Assembly: GCA_051362555.1 (NCBI GenBank)
Contig: CM120649.1
Location: 2,356,001 to 2,420,000, forward strand
DNA: 64,000 bases
From: Lingula anatina
Lineage: Eukaryota; Animalia; Brachiopoda
Direction of reading: 5' to 3'
Within the stretch, counting starts at the first letter, position 1, and each line of letters begins with the position of its first letter. Positions 23,943 through 35,554 of this stretch are shown here, piece by piece. Under the pieces are notes generated by a model that was not told the origin of the DNA, searched no databases, and worked only from the letters and a program-made list of their open reading frames with translations. Made by a program: the position numbers and the translations under genes.

Positions 23943-24460
23943 AATCGCAAAGAATTTTAACTAACGATCTTTACGAAGCGCCGTTTCCTTGGAAGTACCA
24001 CTTTTCTTTCATTTCGCGGTAAATTCAAGCCGCTGACCATAAAACTGATGGTATGTTTTTTCAATTGATTAATTTTTGCATTTCACAATTAAAAGTTTGA
24101 GCATTGACAGGATTGTGCTGGAAGTGACGTGTAGTGGTTTAAGACGTGAAGCTGAGTGGTCATTTTAGCTGGAAGTGAACGGGAGTGAAGACGTGGGCTC
24201 AGAGATAAAGGCGGTTTTTCCAACAAAACGGTGAGACAGCATTTTTTTTGGGGGGAGGGGCATTTTGGGCAGAGAATACTTGTAGAAATAATAGGCACAT
24301 GTTATGAAAACGTGTTACGAAACCTGAAGATCCAAAATCGTGCTTAATTTACAGTCAATTTGTTTTGTCATATATGCTGTATCGGCCGACAGCGCGACAA
24401 AGAGCATCAAGGGAAAATAATTCATATATTAATTTAACCAGTATATATTATTATGTTTCC

Positions 24461-24688
24461 ACGTGTTCCGCGTCGGGAATTAAGGTGTATATCAGCCGCG
24501 TTCCATCCAACATGGAAGTCAAGATGCGCCAACAGAATGTCGAGTTGATCCGCAGCAGGAAGAAGTTCTATGCCCAGTACATCGATATCTCTGAAAGTAA
24601 TGAAGTTAAGGAATTTCTAAGGAGGCAAGAAGGGACTTCTATCGGTCCACAGCTTTTTAACGGCGAGGAATACTTTGTGACACTGTAA
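24461..24688 (+). pseudogene. Divergent SH3BGRL-like copy, truncated, ATG>ACG
   Basis: Near-identical to 16379..16606, with the same deletion; the equivalent start codon reads ACG. Confidence 0.8.
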
Positions 24689-25512
24689 AGACGACAAGAC
24701 TCGCAAATGTACATGTATAATGTACTTCAACCGCCATTTTGACGAAAAACCTAACGACATATTTGAAAAAGAGAAATGTCTGAAGTTGGACGAGCTAACA
24801 TGATTGTAATTTAGGGGTATATTCCGGTACATAATAATTAATAAAAAATAAATAAAATACAAGGGGCGTTACCACAAAATATAACTTGCCCTAAGAGCAT
24901 TATACCGGGGTACATATTCACTGCGTTGCGGATTGAAAAAATAAGAAAATTATTCAATATTTTGCACCCTTACAAGAGAAAAATTATTTTGCAAACTAGG
25001 CTTAAGTTCTTTATGCACCTGGCATTTGAATACACATTTCCTCATATAGTGTCGCACGTGTGCAGTTAACCTACAGGTGTATTTCCGTTGGTCGTGTGTG
25101 ATGTCGCCCGTGTCACCAGAAATGACATGCATATCCGAATGCCATTCAGCGATAGTCCATGTGGAATTTAGCTCAATAGAGCGGTAGTTTTGTTTGGAAT
25201 AGGCCATTATTAAATTTAAATAGATTCAGCACATTCTTTCATGTACAAAATGCAATAAAGTATCGTTCATCGCCCGTGTTTTACACTCTCGTAAGGAATG
25301 ATAGTGTAAAGCGGATACCCTCTACCAGGGACACAGATTGATTTTTTATTATTAGATATTCACAGATATGTCTCTGGCTTATTCATATCTCATTTTTACA
25401 AATCAACATAATTCATCTACGGCCCTGACAGAGGGTAAAGTGCGGGCCCACTATTTGTGCAGCGTTGTCGGTCTGTTCAGTCTCTTTGCAGGTATTGTGT
25501 GAAGGGCGCAGA

Positions 25513-25765
25513 TTCTGCTGTCCACGCTCACCTAACACATTCTGCTGTCCACGCTCACCTAACACATTCTGCTGTCCACTCTCACCTAACACATTCTGCT
25601 GTCCACGCTCACCTGAAGCATTCTGCTGTTCACGCTCACCTAACACATTCTGCTGTCCACACTCACCTAACACATTCTGCTGTCCACGCTCACCTGAAGC
25701 GCATTCTGCTGTCCACGCTTACCTTATACATTCTGCTGCCCTCGTTCACCTAACACATTCTGTTG
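25513..25765. repeat. 27-bp minisatellite (TCTGCTGTCCACGCTCACCTAACACAT), about 9 copies
   Basis: Direct tandem repeats; only 2-3 copies at the paralogous sites near 17420, 40970 and 52430. Confidence 0.9.
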
Positions 25766-26493
25766 TCTAGGAGCCCCATTTTCAGCATAAACATAACGTG
25801 ACGCCTTGTCTTATGATTAATACAAGATGCAGTCACTAGATGGCGGTAACATCTCAGGTCGTGTCTGGACTGATGTGACAAGAATGGTAGTCTGCTAGGA
25901 ACCGTAGTCCATTCCCTATAATGCTAAGGACAAATCTTTCGGAACAGGAAAATTTTATACATGAAAACTATCAAACACATGCTGAAATATTTCAGCTTGT
26001 GTTTGATAATTTTCATGTATGATCCAACTACCAAGCTAATGAACATTTTTGCTCAGGAAAAATTTAGTTCACAGCTAGTAAATAGCCAGACACAACGTGT
26101 ATCTAGTGTGCCGTCCAAATATATCTGTGGACCTGGCGGAGGGTAGAAATCTTGGCGATAAAGGAAAAATTACCCAATTTTCAAGGTCGGTAATTACCAA
26201 TATTTAATATTATTGTGTACCTTGAGCTTTTTATTTGATTTATGTCATATTTACCTTATTTTTGTATTTGGTAATATAAAAGTTTTAAGCGCTTTATGTG
26301 GTTTGTGCTCAGTCCTATTCTATTTACACTACACACTTTACCCTCTGAGGATATATTTTGTTTGATTTCAATTTGATGTGGTATGTGGACTATTACTAGA
26401 TAAATGTTATATGTAAAAAATTCTCATGATGAAAAAGCAACTATTAAGACTTGTGTGCATGAATTCAGATTTTGGCTCACGACAAACTACGTA

Positions 26494-26745
26494 GACACCA
26501 TTACCATAGATTATCGTATTTACTATGGCTCGATCTTTCTCCATGGGGATTCTCGATAAATTGTAATCAGCTAAGGCGGCTTAGATGTCCGTAACGCCTA
26601 CTGAAACTGCCATGGGGTAATTAACTATCGTTTGGCAGCTTCAGTAGGCGTGCCAGACATCTAAGCCGCTTAAGCTGAAAGAAATTTAGCAAGAAACTTC
26701 CGGAGATGGATCGGACCTGTTAGATCGATCTTGGTATGGGAACCC
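26494..26745. mobile_element. Foldback MITE
   Basis: CAGCTAAGGCGGCTTAGATGTC..ACGCCTACTGAAACTGCCA pairs with TGGCAGCTTCAGTAGGCGT..GACATCTAAGCCGCTTAAGCTG. Confidence 0.75.
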
Positions 26746-27072
26746 AGTCAAACACCAAGTTTTCCAGAGACAACACTACACAGAATCAGAGTTGAAGATA
26801 TGTTATCACAACAAGCGTTAGAACCAGGGTGTAATTCTCAACAATAAATGTGACATATGTCATCACACATTAACAAAGTATGTAAATCACCATATTTCAG
26901 TTGGCAACTAATGTCTAAGATTCTTCACCTTATTGACAGCAAGTAAACAGAGCTATTCATCCATGCATTTGTGGCTTCTAGACATGATTACTGCATCATC
27001 CTGTTTTTGTTCGGAATGCGTAACTATCAAATGGGGAAAAATCAGTCTATTCAGAATTCTGCAGCTCGTTTC

Positions 27073-27403
27073 TACTGATAAGAAATATGTTTATAAGACG
27101 TTAGGACTTAAAACTTGGGAGTTCAGATTGAGAGACTGAGGGAGCCCGCTCTGGGTGAGCTAGGAGACGGGAGCGAGTCATGGGTGATGGTTGAGAAGTT
27201 ACAGACATCACGTAAATGATGTAGTTAAAGAGTGTCAACAAATAAAACATTAAACTTGTCATTATGTGTCCTTGGGTTTTCTTTGAGCGACTTTATGTAA
27301 AGCTGCCACGAACCACAGAACCGCAGATTGCGTTCTGAGCCTATATAAAAGTTAAAATACCTAAAGTATATAAAAGGGTTTCATTACATATTTCTTACCA
27401 GTG
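27073..27403. mobile_element. TIR element, (C/T)ACTG..CAGTG, possible 2-bp TSD TC; partial copy at about 42323-42455
   Basis: TACTGATAAGAAATATG / CATATTTCTTACCAGTG inverted termini interrupt the LINE fragment. Confidence 0.55.
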
Positions 27404-27592
27404 TCGCAATATTTGGCGGTACATATTAATTTTCATTATTCAAATTGCACACGTCCACTTACGTTATATAATTACAGGTAAGGTCAATAAAACGAGTCGA
27501 GTGCACAAGCAAGCGACTCCAATCAAATTAATTAACAAGTGTGGGGATTTTATTTGTGAACTGTACAAAGCGATGCTTTCGAGTTACGGGAC

Positions 27593-28020
27593 CCAGTTCT
27601 GCTATCTCTTGTAACAAGTGCCTCGTGGTGGGACGAGTAAGGTCTGTTCTCACGTACACCCAAGTCTATAGTTAGTGCAGACTTAAAGAACTATAGTTTG
27701 AAGAGATTTGGGAAGTTCCAAAACCCCGTAAAATATGTTAGACATTAGTAGTGGCGGGCGGGTAAGGTAATGACTGATTAATCATTGACATTCTCCTGTC
27801 TTTGTATTGAGCGGTAAACAACATGTCCTTGAACAAAATGTTATCAGATAGCCTTCATAGAATAACTTCGCGGACAATCAGCGTCTGGGTTAATAAACTA
27901 GCCCAGTTCTGCTATCTCTTGTATCAAGAGCCTCGTGGTGGGGCGTACATCTCAGGTGACTCCAGCTATCAGGACGAGTGAGGTGTGTTCTCACGTACAC
28001 CCAAGTCTACAGTTAGTGCA
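27593..28020. repeat. Two hairpin-repeat units upstream of TRIM copy 4
   Basis: Cores at about 27620 (internally deleted) and 27930. Confidence 0.85.
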
Positions 28021-28469
28021 GGTTTAAATGAGCCATTTAGAATATGTTCAAAATATAAATATAAACTAAATCACCTTGATTGAAATTAAACTTGATAATT
28101 GGCTATTACACTTGAATGCATTTTTTCCTTTTTTTTCCGAGGAGGAAATGAAATCGGAATATGCCCTGGATAATCTCTTTCGCTCAATAAACTACATTTT
28201 TAAGCAAAAAAACTGTTTGAAGTGCAAACCTATGAAACTGCGTAAGGGGATAAAATCAAAAGGGAAGACAATGGTATTTTTATTTATTTATTTAAAAAAA
28301 AAAGTTAATTGGGAGATAAAAATGCATATTACTTTGATGTAATATTTATTTAAATGTCTGCAACATTTGGAGGCGGGAAACAATCTTTGCCTTGTTAATT
28401 ATACAGGGAAGAAATCGAAAGTTAAAAAGATAAAGATATATGAACAGGTTACCTTTATCAAACCAGGAC

Positions 28470-28504
<35 letters not shown>

Positions 28505-28869
28505 TTGTTACACACGTTGAAGATCTACATGAGATACTGAAAACTACCGACACCATACCGAAACGTAACGGAGTACACTGTCGGTGGAAGTGGTGTCTGA
28601 ACAGCAGGCTGAGCGCTTAAACAAAGAACTCAAACTGAGTGTGCTGTGCTACACTTGCCTACGTATATCAAACCTTATCATGTTTACCAGATATAATTTA
28701 TAGAAACGTTAATATTTAATAAAATCAGGTGATTCTGTAACAGTCCATGGGTCCAAGGAGGGTGGCGAGAGGATAATACAGAAATAAGAACCTTTTTAAA
28801 CTAGATTTGGAAATTATACTATTATGCAGTTTATTGTTTATACAATCATGGTACGTTGTATTCACAAAG

Positions 28870-29134
28870 CAGGGCCGTAGCCTGAGCAAAACGCCAGGGG
28901 GGAGGGGGCAGTAAGCGGACACCAGGGGGCGAAGCCCCCGAGGGCGTGTGTGGGAGGGGGTGTCCCCCTCCCTCGGTGTGAAAAAAATTTAAAAACTGTA
29001 TGTATAATACTGTATTCTAATGCATTTTAATTGTTATTTATTGCTCAATCAGAAGTCAGAAATTTGTTTGTACCTCAATTCCCAAGGGGGGGGGGGGGGG
29101 GGGGGAGGCTGCCCCACCGGAGGCTTCGGCCCTG
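28870..29134. mobile_element. 265-bp G-rich MITE with hAT-like CAGGG ends and a 5-bp TSD (CAAAG)
   Basis: TIRs CAGGGCCGTAGCC / GGCTTCGGCCCTG; absent from the paralogous site at about 20783. Confidence 0.88.
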
Positions 29135-29345
29135 CAAAGGAATAAAACATGCACGAGATGCTCCATGACATACAGGCACATTTGATAAAAATGGTTATTT
29201 GCCTCTATAACCGAAGAGTAGTAAATGCAAGAAATCTTAACACATTGCCTTTGGAAGGTGATTTAAGACTCTTCGGTGCGTCGGTCATCAAAGTGTAGGC
29301 GACCCTTGCAACCCTCACCGTCCTTTGCACAGATTTCATCACACA

Positions 29346-29410
29346 GTCATGTGACACGGCCTGGTGTTCTTGTATATAACACAGGCGCTGCAGTGTTAAA
29401 CAATCCAGTC
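29346..29410 (+). promoter_or_regulatory. M-box-like element, TATA and Inr of TRIM copy 4
   Basis: Same sequence as the copy 3 promoter; TATATAA at 29373. Confidence 0.55.
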
Positions 29411-29495
29411 AATGACAGAGAATGCGCCGTTTTTAAGTGACGAGACTAATTATACAGACTTTTGGCTGTGTTCGAACCTAACTCAGTTTAAAGTC

Positions 29496-31340
29496 ATGGC
29501 ATCTAAGAAGTTGTACGACGTCTTCAGTGACAATTTTCTCACGTGTCACATCTGTCTTCATGAGTATGAGGACCCGCGTGTCCTCCCATGCTATCACACT
29601 TTCTGCCTGGCTTGTCTTGCCCAGCACGTAGCAGCAAGTGGGACGGGAGGCAACATCACGTGTCCAGTGTGCCTTCAGGAGGCGCCTGTTCCACCAGGTG
29701 GGATAGAGAAACTTGTCCGTAACTTCTTTTTGTCCAAGGTGAAGGACTTCATGTTGACAACAGAGAATAAAGACAAAATGTGCGGTAACTGTGACTCACA
29801 GGTTGCTCAATTTTACTGTCAAGACTGCAGACATTTTTTATGTGAGATCTGTCGACAAAAACAGCATGACGCAATAAAAATTCTGCGGGGACACAAAATA
29901 ATATCAGCGTCTGATCACGATAAGCAAGTCCAGGAAGAAATGGACGCTAGACTATTTTGTGATAAACACAAAGGACAACAGTTAATCTTTTATTGCACAG
30001 ATGACGATGTTGTTGTGTGTCGTGACTGTATTCTCACCAAACACAACAAACACAACTGTGTAGACATTGCAGATGTAGCAAAAATCCATAAAGAAAAAAT
30101 AAATAGTGCCTTTAATCATTTATCTAAGAACATTGCACTGTTTGAAAAAGCAGAGTCAGAAATATCTAAGCAACAGAAATATACAACTGACGTCGTAAAC
30201 AAAACGGTGACCGACATACAACAACAGGAGGCGGATATTATAAAAGAGGTTCAGCGTATTTCTGCTCAGTTGATAGCAGAAGCAAAAGACCACGCCGCAA
30301 CGCACATAAAGTTACTCGAGACTGAGAAAGATCGCGTTCAACTACAGAAAGTATCCATCCACAGCACATGTGAGTTTGCCAAACAGCTTGTTCAACATGG
30401 CTCCCACACGGAGGTGATGACACACGCTAAAAATATCCAAGCAAGGATGAAAGAACTGAACAATGTCAGACCCACCGTACAGGTAAAAACAATAGAGATC
30501 ACTTTCAGTAAAGGAAAACTTCCAGCGGACTTCTTTGGTCGCGTGAATAAGTTAGAATGGCTAAGTACTGCATCTTTGGTGGGTGAGCTTGATAGCAGTA
30601 TGAAAGATGTATGGGACATATCGTGCAGTCAAAGTGGAACAATATATTTAGTTTCCTGGTTATCAGATAAACTAACAGCGCTATCACCATCTCATGAGGT
30701 GATATTTCAGGTTGATGTACTAGGTCCCAGGGGTGTCACCGTGCTCAGTGATGACAGACTAGTGGTTACATGTGATGATGGATGCCGAGTGTATTCTTCC
30801 TCCGGAAAACATGTCCAAACATTTGGTCAGGGTGACATGTCTGCGCCATGGGGTGTTACAGTGGACAACAATGGACACATACTTGTCTGTGACGTGTACA
30901 ATAAATGTGTCTGTGTGTATGACGCTGTGCAGTACAATCTCATCAATAAGATCAGTGTTCCTATGTGTAATAATCCACAATACATTGCAGTGCTCCCATG
31001 TCGTGACACCATTGTGGTGTGTGACAGAGAGGGACACTGTGTATATGGAGTGACCCCCCAGGGTGATGTAGTGTTCCAGTATGGTACACCAGGTGAGAAA
31101 GGCTCAGGTGATGGATACCTGAACTCCCCCTGGGGAGTGTGTACAGACAGCGTGGGGCACATCTTCATTGTTGACCCGGGGAATAAAAGGGTGGTTGTTC
31201 TGACATCAGATGGTCATCTGTTAAGATACGTGGTGGGTCCACAACAGGTTTCATGCCCAACAGGTGTGGCCATTGATAACAAAGGACAGCTTGTAGTAGG
31301 GGAGTATAGCCCGCAAGAAAATGCAGTAGTATCGAAGTAG
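29496..31340 (+). CDS. TRIM-NHL E3 ligase, copy 4; last 11 residues replaced by MITE-encoded SPQENAVVSK
   Basis: Intact up to VVGEY, then a MITE at 31310. The native tail RGKVKTFRYVP* resumes at about 31598..31631. Confidence 0.88.
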   Translation: MASKKLYDVFSDNFLTCHICLHEYEDPRVLPCYHTFCLACLAQHVAASGTGGNITCPVCLQEAPVPPGGIEKLVRNFFLSKVKDFMLTTENKDKMCGNCDSQVAQFYCQDCRHFLCEICRQKQHDAIKILRGHKIISASDHDKQVQEEMDARLFCDKHKGQQLIFYCTDDDVVVCRDCILTKHNKHNCVDIADVAKIHKEKINSAFNHLSKNIALFEKAESEISKQQKYTTDVVNKTVTDIQQQEADIIKEVQRISAQLIAEAKDHAATHIKLLETEKDRVQLQKVSIHSTCEFAKQLVQHGSHTEVMTHAKNIQARMKELNNVRPTVQVKTIEITFSKGKLPADFFGRVNKLEWLSTASLVGELDSSMKDVWDISCSQSGTIYLVSWLSDKLTALSPSHEVIFQVDVLGPRGVTVLSDDRLVVTCDDGCRVYSSSGKHVQTFGQGDMSAPWGVTVDNNGHILVCDVYNKCVCVYDAVQYNLINKISVPMCNNPQYIAVLPCRDTIVVCDREGHCVYGVTPQGDVVFQYGTPGEKGSGDGYLNSPWGVCTDSVGHIFIVDPGNKRVVVLTSDGHLLRYVVGPQQVSCPTGVAIDNKGQLVVGEYSPQENAVVSK

Positions 31341-31595
31341 CAAAGAAGCATCAACGCAGTAGTGGTGTGGAGCATATTTGCAGTAGAAATGCAGTATAGC
31401 CTACTGCAATTCTACTTCAAAAATTACATAGGGTTGTACAGAGGAGGAGCATAAATGCAGTAGATTAGCAGCATGATAGAAGCACATGTTTCAAATATGC
31501 TAATTAGCTCCCACATCGAAGCAGATTTGAAGCATGTTTGCAGTATGATTGCAGTAGTCTACTGCGCTGGAGTATCTACTTCATTTTCGTGCGGG
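31310..31595 (+). mobile_element. 286-bp MITE (CMC/EnSpm-like: CCC..GGG ends, 2-bp TSD AG) inserted in the TRIM copy 4 CDS
   Basis: TIRs CCCGCAAGAAAATGCAGTAG / CTACTTCATTTTCGTGCGGG. The empty site TATAGAGGCAAG is present in copy 5. Confidence 0.92.
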
Positions 31596-31660
31596 AGAGG
31601 CAAGGTGAAAACATTTCGCTATGTTCCTTAACTACAATTTAAGTAATATAACAGACATTA

Positions 31661-31944
31661 CCCGCACGAAAATGCAGTAGTATCGAAGTAGCAAAGAAGC
31701 ATTAACGCAGTAGCGGTGTGGAGCATATTTGCAGTAGAAATGCAGTACACCCTACTGCAATTCTACTTCAAAAATTACATAGGGTTGTACAGAGGAGAAG
31801 CATTAATGCAGTAGATTAGCAGCATGATAGAAGCATGTTTCAAATATGCTAATTAGCTCCCAATGCGAAGCAGATTTGAGGCATATTTGCAGTATAATTG
31901 CAGTAGTCTACTGCGCTGGAGCATCTACTGCGTTTTCGTGCGGG
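31661..31944 (+). mobile_element. Second copy of the same MITE (2-bp TSD TA) in the 3' UTR of TRIM copy 4
   Basis: TIRs CCCGCACGAAAATGCAGTAG / CTACTGCGTTTTCGTGCGGG. The empty site ACATTACCAAGC is present in copies 2 and 5. Confidence 0.92.
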
Positions 31945-33055
31945 TACCAAGCAACATCATTTTTACCACAAAAAGAGAGAAGAATAACAGCGAAACTTTG
32001 TGCATGAACATTATTTGTTGAACACATAATTATTGATATTTTTGAAATTATAACTGTTATATTGGAAGGTGATGATATTGGCTAAAAAAATATTAGTTAT
32101 AACATAATGGGAGAGTAAAATAATTCATTATGTACGTTTAAATTTCACACACTAACCAATAACATGCCGAGGTTCAAAAATGACAACAAAACCAATTTAA
32201 TTATTTCTTTTACTATTTTTGGCACTTTTACAGTCAAGTTATACTACTGTATTGAAAAAATACAATATTTCATTTGAGCACTGATATAGTTTAATATGTT
32301 TCTAAAAAAATGACACAGTACGACAAGTGATTTTACGTTCAATGAATCAAATGTACATGAAACAAGCTTGTAAATAAATGCTTTTAGAAATATCGTCAGA
32401 AATAATTTGTCATTGCGCAGTTTGTGTTTTTTATCTTTTTAATTTTATTTAATTCTTCCTCTCCATTCCCTGCTTTTCATCAGAAATGCCATTTTGAAAC
32501 AAATGTATTTCACCTCTAAATGTACAATAAGCATTGGAATGATTTTGAATATTAGCACATTCTGAAACCGCCGAAGAATTATCATTAAAAAGTAGATTTA
32601 CTCCACATTGTATTTGTCACTGAAAGGCGGCAGGTACGCCATTGCACATTTGTTCTTGAAATATCCCAACTTGAGGAGTGGCCAGGAAAGGCTTGCAGAA
32701 TGGTCAGTGACAACAGCTGATTGAAATCTGTTCAAGCAATTTTATCTTCCACAACAAGTGCTAAGATAAATTAAAGCAACATTTTAACAAGTTTCCTTTC
32801 GTAAGCAATTGACGGGAGTTGACCCCCGAGTTCATTCCTCAAAACATTTAGAGGGTGTGAAATTGGAACGCTTTATTCGGTTCAATGGGTATTTTACGGT
32901 GGAATAAGAATTCTTTCTTTCGGTATGCATGTCAAACACTACACTGCCACCTGCTCACGACATATGCCATGAACACCTATCACTGAGGCTCGAGGTGTTC
33001 TGGGATACATCACTCGGGTGACAGGGTATTGTCCCACACTTACCTGTATCTCACA

Positions 33056-33153
33056 TATATAAGAAGTCGCATCCGTGGCAGTCACACATACCAGTGTCCT
33101 GAGAACGCTACCGGACCACACCCTCTCGCTCTCTCCTTGTTAGTCAGGTAAGT
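33056..33153 (+). promoter_or_regulatory. Duplicated SH3BGRL-type TATA promoter, non-coding exon 1 and splice donor upstream of TRIM copy 5
   Basis: TATATAAG at 33056 and CAG|GTAAGT with the intron starting at 33148; near-identical to 38839-38940. Confidence 0.65.
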
Positions 33154-35343
33154 GAAATATTATACAAATAGTATATAGTTAATGAATCATACAGAACATT
33201 ACAGTCAAAATTGAAAAATAAACTAATTTTTCTCATATATGCAAATGTCTTGCCAAACAAGGAAGGCTGGAAGTGACGTATCACCTACAGCTAACACCAC
33301 GGTCACCAACAAAACATCGTGCCTCGATATGAAACCAAACCACTTTGGTGTTTTTAGCCTTCAAATTCTACAAAAGTCAAGTTGTCTTATAAATAAGCAG
33401 ACCTAGGGTTTAATTTTTAATGATGTGTGATTATATTTATTATTAGTAAAGAGATCCCAATTACAACAAAGAATTATTTTGGATTAGCGCTTTTTAGATT
33501 TTTAATAAAACATTCAATTTAGTTTAGTGACTTTGCCTCGCTTTCGAGAAATTAAATTTGTTGATCATTTCGCGGCGCGAACGTTTCATGCGTTGCGTCG
33601 ATCCCTTAATTTCGCCGACCTGGGTTTTCTGATATGAAGTGCCTAAAATTAACCTTCCTACATTATTAAATGCAATTAGAAATAACATTCACACTAGCGA
33701 TCAAGCACTTTGTCTTTATCAAGGGTGGGAGAGGGGTGGAAAATATTCTTGGGTACACATATAACACTATAAATACAAAAGGCAAATACAATAAAGGCAA
33801 AATAAATGTTATTCTAAGGTAAGCCCGCTGGCTTTGCTTTTTCAACACAATCAAAAAAAATATTTTCAATATAATTTCTCAAAACGACACCAGGAAGCAA
33901 ATTATTGCAAACAAAACAGTTTCGCACATGCGCAGTCGTTTCACAGTGATCTACAATCTCACTCTGTAAGTAGTGAATACTTTAATGGCGTATAAATATT
34001 TACAGTTGATACCACATGGTGTTTTAAAGTACTATATATGCATATTTATCAGGAATAGTGGAAAAGACATCTTGGTGCGTAACAAATATAATCGAGTCGA
34101 CCTACTTTATGCATTGTACTGTACATTGAAAGTGTGTCGCAGAGCGTCGACGGAATCATATGAAACTCAAGGACACTGGTTCATTTTAGATTTCTATTAA
34201 TGTGTTTACACTACAGTTTGTTATGCAGTTACGATATAGGCATGCCATGGCAAATTTCATACACGCCCTCAACAAGAAGAACTGAAACAAGGAAGGTGGT
34301 TTAGGGTTAGTGTATCAAAACGGGTCAATATTCCAGATTGTTGATTACTGAGTCATCCACTGGGACAATTTAGGGATTTATACCAATGCATTTTCAGTGC
34401 AACTTAGATATATAACAGGTTTTTGCATAGTCTGCCTCCCTCTATCTCTACTCACGCCTGCCTCTCGTTTCCTCCTCCCTCTCTCTCTCTATCTCTCTCT
34501 CTCTCATATAAAACACGGTAGCTTTGGTGTATCCATACTGTAGTAATTATCAAAACAAAATTTTCGGTGGAGGAATAAACATTTATTTACACTCTTCTAG
34601 ATACAATTAATGTGGTGGCGGTGAACTGAAATATAATTGAAACAAATGAAAGTAAAAGAATAAACAAAATATAAATTTCAACTTAATAGAAATATCACAA
34701 TGAAGAAATCAGCGCACAACACATACCTTAAATAACTAAAAATACGTACATAACAATGCTGCCTCCACTCTTTCGCGTACAGTAGGCCTACTAGGCGTGT
34801 TCCAGCCATGACAATACATGGTGACGTTTTATTGGTGACGTTTTGTTACCAAGAGAACACCAATCATCCAACATATGAGGGCGCAACTCACACCAAGGCG
34901 AGACAACACAAAGTAAACAAGACAAACAACAAAAACAAACAAAGCAAACAAACAAACGAAAAATACAAAAAAAAAAAAAAATAAATAAATAAAAAAAGGC
35001 CGACGACACATACCACATGGGGGTTACAAACATCTACTTGTTTTATCGTGGTGATATTAGACTGTACAGCACCAGGATGATTCACAGATAATGTGACTTG
35101 CTCTTCGTGCCCCTGTCTTCCTCGTAACCACAATGTTGACACACGAACTGTCATATAAACATTGGCCGACACCGCCGCGTATAGACCCATAATAACGAGT
35201 ATAAGATTTAATTAATGGCGTTTATCTCTCAAGCCAGTCAGATAAGATAAGATAAGAATTTAATCAGCCATTTATAAAAATTGGAAATTATTTTTCTTTG
35301 GAACAATGCTTGATGCCGTTTTTTTTTTTTTATTTCATTACAG

Positions 35344-35412
35344 ATTGCGATCGCCTGCTCACAATGGGAATCTGCGTGTAAAAAACACCATCGCCGTGTC
35401 AGATGATGTGGT
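35344..35412 (+). pseudogene. SH3BGRL exon-2 remnant in the 5' leader of TRIM copy 5 (acceptor plus uORF MGICV* at 35364-35381)
   Basis: ttacag|attgcgatcgcctgctcacaATGGGAATCTGCGTGTAA aligns with the SH3BGRL exon start at 39920. Confidence 0.75.
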
Positions 35413-35554
35413 CTGATGTTCGTGCATATAATCCAGAAGCAGTGTTACACAGAGCAGTCTCAGACAGCTAATGCCATGAAAACTATATGTAGACATCATG
35501 AACTGACGAGACTTATGCTTTAGGCTGTGTGTAAACCTAATTCAACTTGGTGTC

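Noticed and set aside
25413-25770. Cys/His-rich repeat proteins
   Set aside because: Products of a 27-bp minisatellite that is open in several frames and not conserved in length.
27076-27400. Solo LTR (TG..CA with AATAAA)
   Set aside because: The inverted termini extend to (C/T)ACTG..CAGTG and there is no 4-6-bp TSD, which favours a TIR DNA element.
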